Part shown: positions 60,642 through 64,000 of the stretch, piece after piece | Numbering within the stretch: position 1 is the first letter of the stretch | Layout of the letters: each line of letters opens with the position of its first letter | Source of the DNA: Nannocystis bainbridge | Lineage (GTDB): Bacteria; Myxococcota_A; Polyangia; Nannocystales; Nannocystaceae | Direction of reading: 5' to 3' | DNA: 64,000 nucleotides | Assembly (NCBI RefSeq): GCF_028368995.1 | Contig: NZ_JAQNDL010000001.1 | Span: 3,936,001-4,000,000, forward strand | Translations under genes and position numbers: made by a program | Notes under the pieces: generated by a model | What the model was told of the DNA's origin: nothing | The model's input: only the letters and a program-made list of their open reading frames with translations | Database searches by the model: none

Positions 60642-61819
60642 GAGCGGCCGAGCGGCACTCGCACCGTGAAGCGCGAGCCCATCTCGTGCTCGCTCTCGAC
60701 GGTGATCGTCCCGCCCATCGCCACGACGAAGCCGCGGGCCAGCGCCAGGCCCAGGCCCGAGCCGCCGAAGCGCTTCCGCAGCGAGCTGTCGGCCTGGTAG
60801 AACGCCTCGAACAGGCGGCCCTGCTGCTCGGGCTTGATGCCGATGCCGGTGTCGTGGACCACGAATTCGGCCTGACCGTCGTCGGCGATCCGCACCGCCA
60901 GGCCGACCTCGCCGAGCTCGGTGAACTTGCAGGCGTTGCTGAGCAAGCCCTGCAGCACCTGGCGCACCCGCTCCTGGTCGCCGAACAGCGCCGCGTCCTG
61001 GTCTTCGGGCCAGACCAGCGCCACGCCCCGGCGCAGCTGCGGCAGCACCGTCGCCTGCAGCGTGCGCAGCAGGCTCGCCAGCGAGAACACGTCCTCGCGC
61101 AGCTCGACCCGCTGGGCCTCGATGCGCGACAGGTCGAGCACGTCGGCGACCAGCCGCAGCAGCTGCTGGCCGGCCAGCTGGATCCGCTGGAGATCGTCGC
61201 GCATCTCGTCCGGCGTCGCCTCGCCCAGCTCGTCGAGCATCAGCTCGCTGTAGCCGAAGATCGCGTTCAGCGGCGTGCGCAGCTCGAGGCTCAGGTTGGC
61301 GATGAACGAGCTCTTGGCGGCCGTCAGGTGCTCCGCCAGCAGCTCCGCCGCCTGCAGCTGGGCCGCCTGCCGGCGCAGCCGATCGGCCAGCATGTTGGCG
61401 TCCTGGATCGCCGTCTGCATCGTCTTCATCACCACCAGCATCTCGGTGGTCGGGTCGTGCAGCGCGAAGTCCCGCAGCATCAGCCCGGACGCCGCGACCT
61501 GCCCCAGCTCGGTCAGCCACGGCGTGCCGACGAACAGCGCCCCGCCGTCGACCTCGACGATCTCTCCGCGCAGGCGCAGCTCGAGGTCGCGGACCTGCAG
61601 CAGCACCACCGAGTCGCGGCGGGCCAGCAGCGCCTTCAGCGACAGCTCGTCCAGGACCGGGCGGTCGATCACGAACCACTCGTCGAACGGCCGCCCCGTC
61701 ACGTCCGCCGCCATCACTCGCCGCAGCGAGCGCCCGAGGTCGAGGATCCGCATCTCCTCGTCGAGGTGGATCGAGAACGGGAACAGCCGCTCACATTGCT
61801 CGCGCAGAAGCAACAGCAT
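60581..61819 (-). CDS. HNOBA/PAS-like domain histidine kinase with His-to-Leu H-box
   Basis: LFPFSIHLD...LRGE...FVGTP...DFALHD (HNOBA-like), NLSLELRTPL, LLSNACKFT, DTGIGI, GGSGLGL. Confidence 0.85.
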   Translation of the reverse strand: MLLLLREQCERLFPFSIHLDEEMRILDLGRSLRRVMAADVTGRPFDEWFVIDRPVLDELSLKALLARRDSVVLLQVRDLELRLRGEIVEVDGGALFVGTPWLTELGQVAASGLMLRDFALHDPTTEMLVVMKTMQTAIQDANMLADRLRRQAAQLQAAELLAEHLTAAKSSFIANLSLELRTPLNAIFGYSELMLDELGEATPDEMRDDLQRIQLAGQQLLRLVADVLDLSRIEAQRVELREDVFSLASLLRTLQATVLPQLRRGVALVWPEDQDAALFGDQERVRQVLQGLLSNACKFTELGEVGLAVRIADDGQAEFVVHDTGIGIKPEQQGRLFEAFYQADSSLRKRFGGSGLGLALARGFVVAMGGTITVESEHEMGSRFTVRVPLGRSQSPRPRAGSKSAPHAISTK

Positions 61820-61821
61820 GG

Positions 61822-62376
61822 TCAGGCCGCCGCCGGTTGGAGTTCGAGACGGAACAGGTCGAAGCCGCCGCGTTCGCGGCCGTGCACGTGCTCGACCGCG
61901 ATCTCCTCGGCGAAGGTGCGCGCCAGGCCCTTCAGCAGCCCGATCACCATCGGCGCCAGGCCCTCGCGGCTCGAGTGATACTCGAGCAAGAGCACCTGCG
62001 GCCCGGCGTCGCGGACCACGAAGCTCGGCGGCCGCAGCTTGGCGAACGTCAGGCCGACGCGCGCGTGCATGTTGTCGAGGTTGGTCACGAATTCGCGCAG
62101 CGTCGCGCCGAACATCGGCAGCAGCTCACCATAACCGTGGCGCGCGGTGAAGAGGATCCAGTGCTCGCCGACCGCCTCGAGCAGCACCGCCGTCGGCGCC
62201 CCGAGCACCTCGCTGGCCGCGGCGACCAGCTTGTACGTGACCTCGTCGGGGTAGGACTCCATCGCCACGAAGCCCGGCGCCTGCACCCCGGCGCGCGCCT
62301 GGATCTGCGCCCACGTCAGCTCGCCGTAGTGCGAGCACACCAGATCCTCGACCGCCTTGTTGACGAGACCGTACAT
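61822..62376 (-). CDS. H-NOX heme NO-binding protein
   Basis: MYGLVN, YPDE, LDNMH (proximal His), PPSF, YHSSR (YxSxR), GLLKG. Confidence 0.94.
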   Translation of the reverse strand: MYGLVNKAVEDLVCSHYGELTWAQIQARAGVQAPGFVAMESYPDEVTYKLVAAASEVLGAPTAVLLEAVGEHWILFTARHGYGELLPMFGATLREFVTNLDNMHARVGLTFAKLRPPSFVVRDAGPQVLLLEYHSSREGLAPMVIGLLKGLARTFAEEIAVEHVHGRERGGFDLFRLELQPAAA

Positions 62377-62487
62377 CCTGTCGCCTCCGCGGACGCACCG
62401 GCGCCCCGCTCGAGTGTCGGTCAAACACGGGCCCCGGGGCAACGCGGGGACGGGCGGGGTGACACGGAGCGAATGTCGCGCCGGGAC

Positions 62488-64000
62488 TCACACCGCGATC
62501 GCGCGGACCGTCACCAAAGGACCCTCGGGGAACCCTTCGCCCCGCAGGTCGACCTCGCCCTCGATGTGCCACAGGTTCTCCTCTTCGGGGTCGACGAGCA
62601 CCTGCGTGACCCGCCAGCGCTGGTCGGCGACCGCCTCGATGCGGGTGTACTTGGGGAACCGGGCCCCGTGGTCGAAGCGCAGCGTCGGGTACTCGGCGTA
62701 GTAGTCCGCCATCGCCTGGGCGAAGCGCTGCGGGGTCCAGGGGTCGTCGGGGTCGGCGCGCGTGCCGACCGCCGCGACCTCGTAGTCGCGTTCGGCGAGC
62801 GCGCGGACCAGCGCGTGCATCTCCGCGCGCACGCGCGCCGCGAACGCCTTGGGATCGGCCGACAGATCGCGCGGCCCGACGGGCGCGGCTTCGCCCTCGA
62901 CCGCCGGCGGGTGCAGCATGCGCTCCCACTCTTGCAAGAGGCTGGTGTCGACGTACTCGAACATCGCCCGCAAGAAGCCGATCACGTCGTGCACCTCGTC
63001 GGTCTTGGCCGCGTCGGGCACCGTCTGCACCAGCAGCTTGTAGGCCTGCATCAAGTAGCGCAGCAGCACGCCCTCGCTGCGCTGCAGCCCGTACTCCTTG
63101 ACGTAGTCGTTGAACGCGACGTAGCGCTCGACCATGTCGCGGACCACCGACTTCGGGCGGATGTTCTCTTGCCCGACCCACGGGTGGATCGCGGTGAACT
63201 CGTTGAAGGTGTCGTAGATGAAGTCGGCCAGCGGCTTCGGGTACGACACCTTCTCGAGCTCGGCCATGCGCTCCTCGTACTCGACGCCGGCCGCCTTGAG
63301 CTCGCCGATCTTCTCCGAGCGGGCGCGGTGCTCCTGCGCCTGCAGCACCACCTGCGGGTTCTCGAGCAGCGACTCGACCAGCGACACCACGTCGAGCGCG
63401 TAGGTCGGCGAGTCCAGCGGCACGCGGCCGAGCGTGTCGAGCAGGTACAGCGACAGCGTGTGGTGGAGCGAGAAGTCCTTCTGCAGGTGCTCGTCGAGCC
63501 GGACTGCCCGGCCGCCGCCGCCGTCCTTGCGCGCGTCGAGCGGCACCAGCTTGACGATGCCCGCCTTGCGCAGCGCCCGGAACAGCGTCGCCGCCTCGCG
63601 CCGGTGGCGGGTCTTGGCCCGCCCCTCGTCGTGCGCCGCCGCGATCAGCTCGATCAGCCGGCGGTAGCCGCCGCCCCACGCGTTGGTGTTGGCCGGCGAC
63701 TGGATCAGGCTCAAGATCATCCCGAACGACACCACGAACCGCGACTGCAGCGGCTCCGGTTCGCGGTCGATGAGCTTCTCGAAGGTCGACTTGTCCCAGG
63801 GGACATATCCCCGCTCGGGCGGCTGCCTGCGCACGAACTTCTTCTTCTTCGTGTCGGCCGCCGCCTTGGCCTCGAGCTTCTTGTTCTCGATCACGTGCTC
63901 CGGCGCCTGACAGACCACGAAGCCCTGGTCGTCGAAGCCCTTGCGCCCGGCCCGCCCGGCGATCTGCTTGAAGTCGCGGGCCCCGAGGATCCGCGTCTGC
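62488..64000 (-). CDS. Ski2/HelY-like DEAD/DEAH helicase with DUF3516-type C-terminus, 3' part
   Basis: Motif [16 protein letters not shown] near the window end, [28 protein letters not shown]. Confidence 0.88.
   Translation of the reverse strand, partial: QTRILGARDFKQIAGRAGRKGFDDQGFVVCQAPEHVIENKKLEAKAAADTKKKKFVRRQPPERGYVPWDKSTFEKLIDREPEPLQSRFVVSFGMILSLIQSPANTNAWGGGYRRLIELIAAAHDEGRAKTRHRREAATLFRALRKAGIVKLVPLDARKDGGGGRAVRLDEHLQKDFSLHHTLSLYLLDTLGRVPLDSPTYALDVVSLVESLLENPQVVLQAQEHRARSEKIGELKAAGVEYEERMAELEKVSYPKPLADFIYDTFNEFTAIHPWVGQENIRPKSVVRDMVERYVAFNDYVKEYGLQRSEGVLLRYLMQAYKLLVQTVPDAAKTDEVHDVIGFLRAMFEYVDTSLLQEWERMLHPPAVEGEAAPVGPRDLSADPKAFAARVRAEMHALVRALAERDYEVAAVGTRADPDDPWTPQRFAQAMADYYAEYPTLRFDHGARFPKYTRIEAVADQRWRVTQVLVDPEEENLWHIEGEVDLRGEGFPEGPLVTVRAIAV

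Overview
Very GC-rich (roughly 70-73% by eye) chromosomal window, most likely from a Nannocystis-like myxobacterium. That assignment is inferred from MYXO-CTERM-type tails, CGNG/CGDG Cys-rich lipoproteins, Thr-rich vWA lipoproteins and sterol-type enzymes. The window holds about 50 real genes; most ORFs in the supplied track are GC shadow ORFs. Genes include partial tlyA, tRNA-Ala(CGC), a PP2C phosphatase, metH, a MocR/pepE group, a CzcCBA-type RND pump, a Zn-independent-type DksA, a GMC oxidase, a PNGase F-like lipoprotein, a pseudokinase-REC-adenylate cyclase with a hybrid kinase, a surface pentaheme cytochrome, an orphan degenerate HyfG/EhrL, an ECF sigma/TPR cassette, H-NOX with a kinase, and a partial DUF3516-type helicase. 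No mobile element or CRISPR array was found. The most striking signal is not a gene. A 14-bp palindrome, TGTCC-N4-GGACA (relaxed TG-N10-CA), occurs at about 30 loci, roughly every 2 kb. It appears singly inside genes, where it forces atypical AT-rich codons. It forms head-to-tail arrays of 4-6 variable units with an exact 14-bp period at gene 3' ends, and it forms one 43-bp phased repeat. This looks like the footprint of an uncharacterised genome-wide DNA-binding, modification or insertion system. Many genes also have TANNNT boxes 7-14 nt before the start codon and no Shine-Dalgarno sequence, which suggests widespread leaderless or short-leader mRNAs.
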